DNA of 64,000 bases. Origin: a virus. The stretch lies in IMG/VR virus record IMGVR_UViG_3300030419_001484, positions 9,795 through 73,794 of that record; one strand, written 5' to 3'. The position numbers were made by a program, and so were the translations under genes. Shown piece after piece: positions 44,763-55,200 of the stretch; position 1 is the stretch's first letter; each line of letters starts with the position of its first letter. The notes under the pieces are model-generated. The model was not told the DNA's origin. It ran no database searches and saw nothing but the letters and a program-made list of their open reading frames with translations.

Positions 44763-45307
44763 CAAGAGAAGTCAGACTCAGCACAGTAGGTTTAATTGAA
44801 CGTGTTGAAGGTCATGATGTATTCAAAAAATATATGTTGAATTACATTGATGATAAACCCCTAAACAGATTGATTGAAAGAAACACTGATGTGTCACATA
44901 CTGATTGGGATGAGAGTGGTAACGAGAATAGAGAATATGTAAACAAATTTACATCACTCATAAGTTATAACATGAAGACTATAACGAATAGATTGTCTTT
45001 GTCTTACATGGATATAACTGATGTGTGGTTTCAACAATACTCAAGAAACGCGGAACATTCATGGCATGGTCATTTCGGAAGTGACTGGGCTGGTATCTAT
45101 TATGTTGAGATGCCTAATGAAAAAGATAAAACATTATTGTGGGATTATCATTCATCTAAGATAGTGGATGATATAGATTTACATGAGGGTGATATGTTTG
45201 TGTTTCCATCAACTATTTTACATTGTTCACCACTCAATATTACTGACATAAGAAAAACAGTTATTTCATTTAACATGAAAGTAGGAGATGTTACAAGACT
45301 TTACTAA
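44759..45307 (+). CDS. 2OG-Fe(II) oxygenase-like protein (HxH)
   Basis: WFQQY...HGH...GIYY...FPSTILH...KTVISFN. Confidence 0.8.
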   Translation: MTREVRLSTVGLIERVEGHDVFKKYMLNYIDDKPLNRLIERNTDVSHTDWDESGNENREYVNKFTSLISYNMKTITNRLSLSYMDITDVWFQQYSRNAEHSWHGHFGSDWAGIYYVEMPNEKDKTLLWDYHSSKIVDDIDLHEGDMFVFPSTILHCSPLNITDIRKTVISFNMKVGDVTRLY

Positions 45308-45360
45308 ACAATTCGTAAAGTATGTCGTTTATATAAATAGATAGAACAAAGGATAGAGAG

Positions 45361-45618
45361 ATGCAAATAGGTACAGTTACAAATCAGTACATCAATAACT
45401 ACCACTATCAAGGTGTGCAACAAGCAAATCAACAATCTATAACAAGAGAGATTGAGGATTTATCAGACACACGACTTATGGAATATAGACAAGAACAACA
45501 ACGTGAACAACACAGATGGTTAGCATATATTATGATGATGCAGTTTTTTGCTAAGAACCAGATGTGGAATTTGTTAGATCAAATGCGTATCCAGAGGACT
45601 CTCAACATCACTGCCTGA
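45361..45618 (+). CDS. Gln-rich hypothetical late protein
   Basis: TATAAATA at 45332. Confidence 0.55.
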   Translation: MQIGTVTNQYINNYHYQGVQQANQQSITREIEDLSDTRLMEYRQEQQREQHRWLAYIMMMQFFAKNQMWNLLDQMRIQRTLNITA

Positions 45619-45827
45619 TGGGCAGATTTACTAAAAAAGAAGTAGACTATTTACCAGACGGGCCTATCATGTCTTGTCTGAGAGAACCACAACTTATGGT
45701 TGCAGAGTGGCGTGAGAGAAGTGCATTCTCTAAAAACTTACAACACAACAATGATATTAACAGAGAGTGGAGAAAGAAACTCTCTAAGACAACTTGTTGT
45801 GGACGATATATAAAAGAATGCAAATAG
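45618..45827 (+). CDS. Hypothetical protein
   Basis: TGATG coupling. Confidence 0.45.
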   Translation: MGRFTKKEVDYLPDGPIMSCLREPQLMVAEWRERSAFSKNLQHNNDINREWRKKLSKTTCCGRYIKECK

Positions 45828-46435
45828 AAAAATATTATGAACCCTTTCCATACATTATCATAGATGATTATTATGAGAAAGATGAACTAAGTCTTATCTG
45901 GGAAGAACTTGAGTTTTTGACTCATCCACAAAAATTACGCCGTGCAACTAAAGAAAGTGGTGGAGCTCAGAAAGATGGTAAACTACTTAAATATAACTAT
46001 CACAGATACTTAGATAATTTATATGAAGATAGAAATATGTCTAACATATTATCTGTGAATAGAAAGTTGTTTGACCAAGATATATTTAAAACAAATGAAA
46101 GTTGGTTTTTCCAAAACGTAACAAATACCATAAACATGGATTTCACTCAAGTGGGATACTATGAGAATAATGATGAGTATGGGTTACACCATGATCATTC
46201 AGTTGTAACTTCTTTAACTTGGTTGTACAAAGAACCAAAAAAATTCACAGGCGGTGATTTGTATATCGGTGATAGTGAAATAAAAATTGAGTGTGTAAAT
46301 AATAGAACATTAGTATTTCCATCAATGATAAAACACAAAGTGAATACCATTCACATGGAAGAAGAACATTTAAATCAAAGACTTGGTAGATATTGTATAT
46401 CTCAGTTTGCATTGACATCAATATATAAACCATGA
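45818..46435 (+). CDS. 2OG-Fe(II) oxygenase (prolyl-hydroxylase-like)
   Basis: HHD...FTGGDL...FPS...H...GRYCISQF. Confidence 0.8.
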   Translation: MQIEKYYEPFPYIIIDDYYEKDELSLIWEELEFLTHPQKLRRATKESGGAQKDGKLLKYNYHRYLDNLYEDRNMSNILSVNRKLFDQDIFKTNESWFFQNVTNTINMDFTQVGYYENNDEYGLHHDHSVVTSLTWLYKEPKKFTGGDLYIGDSEIKIECVNNRTLVFPSMIKHKVNTIHMEEEHLNQRLGRYCISQFALTSIYKP

Positions 46436-46631
46436 TATTTAATTATATTGTATATACATCACTTCTTATTATTGTGACACAATTGTTATACATTGGAAAC
46501 AAATTAGAAAAGATAACATGGCAAGAGTATTATGTTATATGGGGAATAATTTTATATACATTGTTTAGTTAACTATTTTTCTCTAAGTCGTTATTATAAA
46601 TAGTATTGCGAGTTAGAGAGAGGTACGTTTA

Positions 46632-47114
46632 ATGATTGATCCAGTAACAGCACTAGGTGTTGCAACCACAGCGTTCAACGCAATCAAGACAGGTTTCCAA
46701 GCAGGGAGAGATGTTGAGGGTATGGCAGGCGACCTATCCAGATGGATGGGTGCAGTCAGTGACATCAAGAAGGCAGAAGAATACAACCAAAAACCACCAT
46801 TGTTTAAAAAACTATTTGCGGCTGGTTCTGTAGAAGAGGAGGCGTTGCAAACACTTATGGCAAAAAAGAAAACTGAGGATATGAGAGATCAGCTCAAGAA
46901 TATTATTATGTTTTCCAGAGGTCATGGTGCTTGGGAGGAGCTTTTGAGAACTGAAGGCGAGATTAGAAAAAAACGACAGAAGATGATTTATGACCAAGAG
47001 GAACGATGGAGAAAAATCTGGGAGTGGGTTGGTCTTGGTTTTCTAGGAGTGGTGGTTACAGGTTTTATCGTGTTTCTCTTTTATCTTTATCTATCCACAA
47101 GAGGTTACATCTAA
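46632..47114 (+). CDS. Hypothetical membrane-anchored late protein
   Basis: TATAAATA at 46595; C-terminal TM helix. Confidence 0.7.
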   Translation: MIDPVTALGVATTAFNAIKTGFQAGRDVEGMAGDLSRWMGAVSDIKKAEEYNQKPPLFKKLFAAGSVEEEALQTLMAKKKTEDMRDQLKNIIMFSRGHGAWEELLRTEGEIRKKRQKMIYDQEERWRKIWEWVGLGFLGVVVTGFIVFLFYLYLSTRGYI

Positions 47115-47297
47115 GTGTTAGACGTAATAGAGTATTTTATCGAATACTTTGATATGTATTATTATCTTTTTGTGCCTTGGGATTTTCACAATACAGTATG
47201 GGTTATACTTGGTCTTATATGGTATCTAAACAGATTGAACACACGATATGTCATTTCAGAAAAAACACAAACATCTTTCTACTATCCAGATATTTAA
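47115..47297 (+). CDS. Small hydrophobic hypothetical protein
   Basis: Fills gap. Confidence 0.4.
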   Translation: MLDVIEYFIEYFDMYYYLFVPWDFHNTVWVILGLIWYLNRLNTRYVISEKTQTSFYYPDI

Positions 47298-47685
47298 TAT
47301 CTATGCGTGGGTAATCGTATATCTAACAATTTTCGCACAACCACTTCTTGCAGAAAAGAATCGTTATGGTCAAGAAGAAAAACACCCCAACATCATACAA
47401 TGTTTTTCATGTTACCTAAAGAAGTTTTCTGATTGGACTTGGGAACAAGAGAAACGATTAGGTAAACGTGAAGACCCTAAGTATATAACCTGTCGAAGAT
47501 ACAAAAGAGTTCAAGCAAAGAACGGACAACAAGTCTGCATCTACAAAGGTGCAAACAACACTTACACATTAGTTGTCGAAGGCCAGTGTCCGAGTGAATA
47601 TCGTTGTAAGTATGACCCACATGGAAAAGAACCAAACATAGATAGTGTGGTGGATTCTCTTAACGACTCATTCAAAAAGAAGTAA
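47248..47685 (+). CDS. Exported Cys-containing hypothetical protein
   Basis: Signal-like segment; six Cys. Confidence 0.55.
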   Translation: MSFQKKHKHLSTIQIFNIYAWVIVYLTIFAQPLLAEKNRYGQEEKHPNIIQCFSCYLKKFSDWTWEQEKRLGKREDPKYITCRRYKRVQAKNGQQVCIYKGANNTYTLVVEGQCPSEYRCKYDPHGKEPNIDSVVDSLNDSFKKK

Positions 47686-47710
47686 TAAATAACTCGTAAG
47701 GAGTTTATTT

Positions 47711-49831
47711 ATGCAAAACTTTATGGGTATGGATGGTTTCGTCTGGTTTACTGGAGTCGTAGAAGATAGAGGTGACCCATCAAAACTTGGTCGTGTAAGA
47801 GTTCGTTGTGTAGGACATCATACAGACGATAAGAATAAAATACCAACAGCAGATCTGCCTTGGGCTCATGTCATGCACCCTGTTACAGACCCATCTATGA
47901 ATGGTATGGGTCATACTCCATCATTCATGGTTGAGGGAACATGGGTGATTGGTTTCTTTATGGATGCAGAAGATAAACAACAACCTGTTATTATAGGAAC
48001 ACTACCTGGCGTTCCAGATGAAAAACCCAACCCATCAAAAGGTTTTTATGACCCAAATGGTGTTTATCCCAAATCAGATTTCCTAGATGAGTCAGATACC
48101 AATCGTCTTGCAAGAGGTGAAACAGACAATACTATCGTCCCTTTGAAAAAGAGCAGTAGACTAAAAAATATAACACTCGCAGATGGAACAGAGTGGGATG
48201 AACCAGAAACAACTTATGATGCAAAATATCCAAGTAATCATGTGTTCGAGTCTGAAGCTGGACATATAGTAGAACTTGATGACACATCTGGTGCAGAGAG
48301 ATTGCATGAGTATTCTAGTTCTGGTACGTTCTATGAGATAGATAAAGATGGAAATAGACACGCAAGAGTTATTGGTGATAACAAAGAAATAATAAATGGC
48401 AGTAACTTCAATTTTACACAAAAAGATTTCAACCTCACAGTCGCTGGAACTCTCAACATTAAATGTAAAAATTTAAATATAGAGGTTGAAGAAGATTACA
48501 TAGATGAGATTGAGGGAGATAGAATAAGTTATATTCTAGGACAAAAGACTTTAGATATTACAGGTGCAGTTACAGAAAACTATGGTTCTACCATTACTCG
48601 TTCTGTAAGTGGTATCACAACAAACAATCATGATGCAAATGTTTTAAATTATATTGATGGTGACTTTGAAGTTCATACATCAGCTGCAGTTGATATATTT
48701 GCAAAGACCACAGTAAATATTGATACTGCATCTTTTGATGTTGATGCAGAAACAGTTGCAACCATAACTTCTGCAACATCAACAATCAATGGTTCTACAG
48801 CTGCAAATCTAAGAGGTGCGACTATAGATATAAGCGATACCTCTGTAGGATCTCCATCTGTTACTGACCCAACTGAACCTACAATTACAGAACCGACTGA
48901 ACCAACCATATTACTTTCAACACCATCGGCTGCAAACATTGGTGGTGGGTTAGAAGAAGAGCCGACTGACTTAACAACAGGACAAAAATTCAAATCAGAA
49001 TCAGGCGCTCCCTTTGCTGGTTCTAATTCACAGGATAATGAATTTGATAACTCAGACCTAGACCCACCAACAAGTACAAGTTGTACAAGAAAAGATTTAG
49101 GAACAGTATCAGCACAGGAAGAATCAAATAAAGATGCTGGTGCGTTAGGTTGGGATAGTGGAGGAGGTTACTCATACGGAACATATCAAGTTGCATCTGG
49201 TAATGGTCGAACTGATATTGATGGGCCAAAAGGTTCGAGTATGGTTTCTTTTGCAAAATTTTTAAGAAATGAAAAGAATGGATACAGGGATTTTTATACG
49301 ATACTTGGAGGTGACAATATTCCAAAGGATGCAGCTGCGAGTAATAATGCAACATTTGTTGGTCAAGGTGGAACTCCACCAGCAGGAACTTTTCAGAGAA
49401 AATGGAGTGACCTTGCCAAAGATCCAGTAAATGGTGAGAGGTTTAAACAAGCACAACATGATTGGGTACAAAGAACTCACTACGATAGAGCAGTTAGTAA
49501 AATTAAAAACTCAACAGGTATTGACCTTTGTGATAATTTTCATAGTTCTGGTATTCAAGATGCGATATGGAGTACGGCAGTTCAACATGGGCCTGGTGGT
49601 GCGAATACTATCTTTAAGGAAGCACTAAGAAAAACTGGAAAGACAATAGACACAGTTACAGATGAAGAATTGATTAATGCAATATATGATGAAAGAGAAC
49701 TAAAAATAAAAGAGGGTGGTTTAACATCAAGTGAGAAAACAGCAGTTTTAAATAGATACGATAGGGAAAGACCGAAGGCACTCGCATTAAATACTAATAC
49801 TGAGTTCAATGTTACGTCTATCGGCCCATAG
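47711..49831 (+). CDS. gp5: Baseplate central spike gp5 with C-terminal peptidoglycan-hydrolase-like domain
   Basis: OB-fold WFTGVVEDRGDP...GRVRVR, YPSNHV, beta-helix repeats, C-terminal SYGTYQ / WSTAVQHG. Confidence 0.9.
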   Translation: MQNFMGMDGFVWFTGVVEDRGDPSKLGRVRVRCVGHHTDDKNKIPTADLPWAHVMHPVTDPSMNGMGHTPSFMVEGTWVIGFFMDAEDKQQPVIIGTLPGVPDEKPNPSKGFYDPNGVYPKSDFLDESDTNRLARGETDNTIVPLKKSSRLKNITLADGTEWDEPETTYDAKYPSNHVFESEAGHIVELDDTSGAERLHEYSSSGTFYEIDKDGNRHARVIGDNKEIINGSNFNFTQKDFNLTVAGTLNIKCKNLNIEVEEDYIDEIEGDRISYILGQKTLDITGAVTENYGSTITRSVSGITTNNHDANVLNYIDGDFEVHTSAAVDIFAKTTVNIDTASFDVDAETVATITSATSTINGSTAANLRGATIDISDTSVGSPSVTDPTEPTITEPTEPTILLSTPSAANIGGGLEEEPTDLTTGQKFKSESGAPFAGSNSQDNEFDNSDLDPPTSTSCTRKDLGTVSAQEESNKDAGALGWDSGGGYSYGTYQVASGNGRTDIDGPKGSSMVSFAKFLRNEKNGYRDFYTILGGDNIPKDAAASNNATFVGQGGTPPAGTFQRKWSDLAKDPVNGERFKQAQHDWVQRTHYDRAVSKIKNSTGIDLCDNFHSSGIQDAIWSTAVQHGPGGANTIFKEALRKTGKTIDTVTDEELINAIYDERELKIKEGGLTSSEKTAVLNRYDRERPKALALNTNTEFNVTSIGP

Positions 49832-49865
49832 AGTATAAATAATATAAAATAAGGAGTCTATATAA

Positions 49866-50291
49866 ATGGGATTTTATGATGCACAAGCAAATAATACTGC
49901 AAGAGCAACACGACAGTATACAGATTTAGATTTATTTTTTGGAAAAAAATCATCTAATAATGATGTCAGACAAGTAACAGATGTTCAAGCAGTTAAGAGA
50001 TCTATTCGTAATCTTGTGCAACTTAATACATACGAAAAACCTTTTCATCCAGAAATCTCTGGTGGTGTAAGAGAGTTATTGTTTGAACCTATGTCTCCAA
50101 TTACAGCAGTTGTAGTCGCAAGAAAAATAGAAGATGTGATTAACAACTTTGAACCAAGAGCTCGTCTGGTTTCTGTTCGTTCAATACCAGACTTAGATCG
50201 TAATGCATATGAAGTGTCAGTAGAATTTTATATTGTGAATGCTCCAACAGAACTTGTGGACTTCTCCATCATGTTAGAAAGATTACGATAA
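49866..50291 (+). CDS. gp25: Baseplate wedge protein gp25
   Basis: AVKRSIRNL...EKPFHP...FEPR; TATAAATA at 49834. Confidence 0.92.
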   Translation: MGFYDAQANNTARATRQYTDLDLFFGKKSSNNDVRQVTDVQAVKRSIRNLVQLNTYEKPFHPEISGGVRELLFEPMSPITAVVVARKIEDVINNFEPRARLVSVRSIPDLDRNAYEVSVEFYIVNAPTELVDFSIMLERLR

Positions 50292-52222
50292 TGGCAGTAA
50301 ATGAAAAAAGACTCAATGTTACAGAATTTGATTTTGATGACATAAAAGATAATTTAAAAGTTTTTCTGAAAGGTCAATCAGAATTTAAAGACTATGATTT
50401 TGAGGGTTCTGGTATGAGTACGTTATTAGATGTGCTTGCATATAACACTCACTATCTAGGTTTTAATGCAAATATGTTAGCAAATGAAATGTTCCTTGAT
50501 AGTGCATCTCTTAGGTCAAGTGTTGTATCACACGCAAAGACTTTAGGGTATGAGGTGACTTCTGCAAGAGCTCCAATTGCAACAGTAAATGTTGCACTTA
50601 CCACAACAAGTTCTTCAAAAACAATGTCTGCTGGAACTGCGTTCTCCACTACAGTAGATGATGTGAGTTATCAGTTTGTCACTATTGCAGACGTAACTGA
50701 AACTAACAGTGGTGGGTTTGTAACTTTTAATAACGTAAGTATATATGAGGGTACTTATCTAACTTCAAAGTACCTTGTCGATACATCTGATGCAGCTCAA
50801 AGATTTCTGTTACCAGATAGTCGTATAGATACATCAACATTAAAGGTACAAGTTCAAAACTCTGCATCTGATTCAACAGTTACAACTTACACTAAAGCGA
50901 CAGACATATCTCAACTATCTTCAACAAGTTCAGTTTATTATTTACAAGAAGTTGAAAATGGTAGACATGAAGTATACTTTGGTGATGGTAATGTTAGTAA
51001 AGCATTGTCTGATGGAAACATTGTTATATTTAATTATGTTGTTACAAACAAAACTGCATCTAATGGAGCATCATCTTTCTCTAGTCCGTCAACAATTGAT
51101 GGTGTGAGTGACATTACAGTTACCACAGTTGCAGATGCATCTGGTGGGGCAGAACCAGAAAGTCTTGCATCTATAAAACTACAGGCACCACTTGATTATG
51201 CATCACAAGGTCGTGCAGTTACCACAGACGATTATGTAACGTATACCAAAAAACTTTTTGCAAACACACAGGCCGTTTCTGTTTGGGGTGGAGAAGATGG
51301 TGGATATGACCCAGCAACAGGTATCACCTCAGTTCCAGAATATGGTAAAGTTTTTATTTCTGTAAGAAGTACTACAGGACAAAATCTTACGGACACAGAG
51401 AAAACACAATTAGTAAATGACTTTTCAAAATATAAAGTGGGGTCTATAACTCCTGTGATTGTTAATCCAGAAACAACATTCCTCATACTTGGTGTAACAT
51501 TTCAGTACAACTCAAACACAACAACAAAAACAAATACTGATTTAGAAACATTAGTTAATGCAACAATATCAGATTACAATACTGATAACCTAAAAGATTT
51601 TAACAGACCATTTAGACACTCACAACTAACAGGTTTAATTGATGATACTGATACATCAATATTAAGTAACGTGACTACAGTTACACTTGCAAAGTTGATT
51701 ACACCAACAACAACAGCTGAAACTGCATACACACTAAGTTTTAACAATGCATTTTATAATCCACATTCTGGACATAAGGCGACTGATGGTGGTATAGTAG
51801 CATCAACTGGTTTTTTTATAGATGGTGCATCTACAGAGTATTTCTTTGATGAAGATGGTGAAGGTAATCTTAGAATATATTATCTAGTTGCTGGTGTTCG
51901 AACATATTATGATGCTCTTGCTGGAACAATAGATTATACTAATGGAATAATAAAAATCAATCCTGTAAAAATAACAAGTGTGTCTGATGTTGATGATTCT
52001 TCATCTACACAGTTTAGATTAACAGTTATACCAAACTCCAACGATATCGTGCCTGTTAGAAATCAATTAATAGAACTTGATTTAACTAATACAACTGTAA
52101 CTGGTTCTGTTGATACAACTGCAACCACAGGAAAAGGTTATACTGTAAAAACAACTGGAACAACAAGTACAACAACTGTAACTACGACTGCATCGACAAC
52201 ACCGACCACATCTGGTTACTAA
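50291..52222 (+). CDS. gp6: Baseplate wedge protein gp6
   Basis: DYDFEGS...LAYNTHY...EMFLDSA; RAVTTDDY; YGKVFIS. Confidence 0.93.
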   Translation: MAVNEKRLNVTEFDFDDIKDNLKVFLKGQSEFKDYDFEGSGMSTLLDVLAYNTHYLGFNANMLANEMFLDSASLRSSVVSHAKTLGYEVTSARAPIATVNVALTTTSSSKTMSAGTAFSTTVDDVSYQFVTIADVTETNSGGFVTFNNVSIYEGTYLTSKYLVDTSDAAQRFLLPDSRIDTSTLKVQVQNSASDSTVTTYTKATDISQLSSTSSVYYLQEVENGRHEVYFGDGNVSKALSDGNIVIFNYVVTNKTASNGASSFSSPSTIDGVSDITVTTVADASGGAEPESLASIKLQAPLDYASQGRAVTTDDYVTYTKKLFANTQAVSVWGGEDGGYDPATGITSVPEYGKVFISVRSTTGQNLTDTEKTQLVNDFSKYKVGSITPVIVNPETTFLILGVTFQYNSNTTTKTNTDLETLVNATISDYNTDNLKDFNRPFRHSQLTGLIDDTDTSILSNVTTVTLAKLITPTTTAETAYTLSFNNAFYNPHSGHKATDGGIVASTGFFIDGASTEYFFDEDGEGNLRIYYLVAGVRTYYDALAGTIDYTNGIIKINPVKITSVSDVDDSSSTQFRLTVIPNSNDIVPVRNQLIELDLTNTTVTGSVDTTATTGKGYTVKTTGTTSTTTVTTTASTTPTTSGY

Positions 52223-52232
52223 TGAGTAAACA

Positions 52233-55200
52233 ATGAGTAAGAATGAAACTAAACTTACCACTAAGGTATCCTCACTTATTTCTGGTCAAGTGCCTGAGTT
52301 TGTTGAATCGGATCATTCTTTATTCGTAAAATTTTTAAAAGATTATTACAAATTTTTAGAAGCAGGACAATTAACTGTAACTGCAACTATACAAAATATA
52401 ATTCAAGAAACAGTAACCACAAGTTACATCTTACAAGAGGATGGTGAAAGAACTCTTGCAGAAAGTTCATCTGGTAAGTTTATAAACGGAGAAACTATTA
52501 CAGGTGGAACATCTAATGCGACTGCAACTGTTCTTATAGAAGATTCTAGAAATAGTCGCCTTTATATTACATCTCAACAATTATTCATAACAGGAGAAAC
52601 CATAACAGGTTCTACATCTAGTTCTACTGCGACTGTAGATGAGTATCGTGCAAACCCTGTTCAGAACATACAACAACTTCTTGAGTATGGTAATACAGAT
52701 ACAACTATTCACGACTTTCTTGAAAAACTTAGATTATCATTTATGGCTGGAATACCTAACAGTCTTGCATCTGGAACATCAAAAAGAAATCTTATAAAAA
52801 ATATAAAAGATTTATATGCGGCTAAAGGAACAAGTGAAGCAACTAAACTTTTTAGTAGATTGTTTCTAGGGGAAGAAGCTGGAGTTCTATATCCCAATCA
52901 ATATATTATGAAACCCTCACATGGTGACTTTAGACAAAAAACAGTTCTTAGAGCATCTGCTGATTCTGGTGTTTTTGGTAGTGAAGTTATAGGACAAGTT
53001 ATCACTGGTGCATCATCTGGTGCAACTGCTGTTATTGAGGCAAGTGTTGATTTCCAACAAGCTGGTGTTGCTATATCAGAACTACAAATTGCAAACTTAG
53101 TTGGAACATTTACTGATGGTGAGAAGTTTACTGCAACATCAACTACAAAAGATTTAGAGGTTGGGTTTACAATTAGAGCCATAGTATCTTCTGGAACTAT
53201 AGTTAATGATGGTATACTTCATGATGATAATGAGGATATAACATTAGAGTCAATCGGTAATGAAAATGCAACTGTAAAAGTTGGTGGAATTAAAAGAGGT
53301 TCAGTAAGTGGAGTTGAGATTGATGATGTAGGTCAGAAATATGAAGTTGGTGATGCTATTACTTTTACAGCGGTCAGTGCAGATACAGATGTTGAGTCTG
53401 CTGTAGGTTTTGTTAGTATGGTTGGTGGTGGTATCCAGTTAGAAACTGGAACACTGGACGACTCAAGTTTGACTGATGATGCAATTATATTGGAGTCTGG
53501 TTCAACAACACACTTAGAACCTTTTAGTATTATACTTGAACAAATTACTACCGATACTTTTAAAGGTGATGGTGATACAACAGTATTCACTCTAACCAAT
53601 CTAAGTACAAGCACAGACTCAGACATAACAGTTTATCTTGACAATATAAAACAGACAACCACTAACAAAGATGGAACTACTAACTTTACACTGAGTGGAA
53701 CAACACTTACATTCACAACTGCACCAGAAGATAGAGCAAATATAAGACTTGAGGGTGCAGCCAATGATGCGTTAGTTTTGGATGGAACAAATTCATCATC
53801 TCTAGATGCTGGACATAACATCACAACTGAAGAGGGTCTTGACTTTGAACAGAAAGATGCACATACAACATCTACAGACCAAATTGTTTTAGAGTTTGAT
53901 ACCTTTGAGAACTTAGGTGAAACAGCAGAGAATGGTTCTATACAAAAGATACACATATCTGATGGTGGTGGTTCTTACACAGATTTACCAACATTAGGTA
54001 TTACAACCACAACTGGTACAGGTGCAAAGATTGTTGGAGTTACAAATGACATAGGTGCGTTAACAGATATTAATATACAAGACTCTGGGTTTGCATACTC
54101 TGAATCTAATCCACCAGAAATGACACCACAAGCTCACTTTGTTCTGAAAGATGTAACAGGAACTTTTGCAAGTGGTAATACTTTAACAACTCATGTGGGA
54201 ACAGTCAAGGGTTGGGATAGTACAAAGAATATTCTTGATACAACATTTGAAAATGTAATTAGAGTAGAACAGGAATCTTCAAGTACATATCAAGAGGGTA
54301 TTCAGTTAGAAGATTACACTGTAATATCTGAAGATATTGCAGAAGGTTTTCTATTAGAAGATACACAAGATTTTGAACCAGATGAAGGTGACTCAATAGT
54401 TCTTGAGGGAACTGAAGTTGTCACACCACCAGCAGACTTTGTAACTCTTGTAGTTAAGGTTGTTAGAAACGCTGATGATACTGCTAATATTTTTGAGATA
54501 GATGGTGTTAATCAACCTACACTTGCACTTACTCAAGGAAACACATATTACTTTGATTTGTCTGACAGTTCTTTATATAATGCAGATACGTCAGAGAACC
54601 ATCAACTAAAATTTTCAACAACCTCAGACGGAACACATGGTAGTGGTTCTGCATATACAACTGGTGTTACATCATCTGCGGCTTATATTGATATAGGAAC
54701 ATCTGGTGCATATATTCAAATAGTTGTTGCGACTGATGCTCCAGACTTGTATTATTATTGTGTCAATCACTCTGGTATGGGTGGAGCAATTCGATCAAAA
54801 GAAGTACAAACATTTGTAAAAGATGAAGGTTCTAATTTAGTATTAGATGGAAGTGCGACTACTATCTTTGGATTACAATTAGAGGACTCTTTAGGTAATG
54901 GTTTCATACGAGAGGAAGGACTCACATTAACAAGAGCATCTCGTATATCTTTAGATGGTGAAAACACAGATAGTGATTTTGGTCTAAGTGATGGTGACAT
55001 ATTATTAGAGGATGGCTCTAATGATGGTGATACTTCTTTTATTCTAAAAGAGGGTAGTGACACTCATGAAACAACAGGTGTAGAAGATACTTTTGGTGGA
55101 ACAATATTGCTTGAGATGTCAACACTTGATGGTCTTGTTGGTCAAACCTCAGATACAGTTGGTGGTTTCTTTGTTCAAGATGATGGTGCTAAGTTACTCA

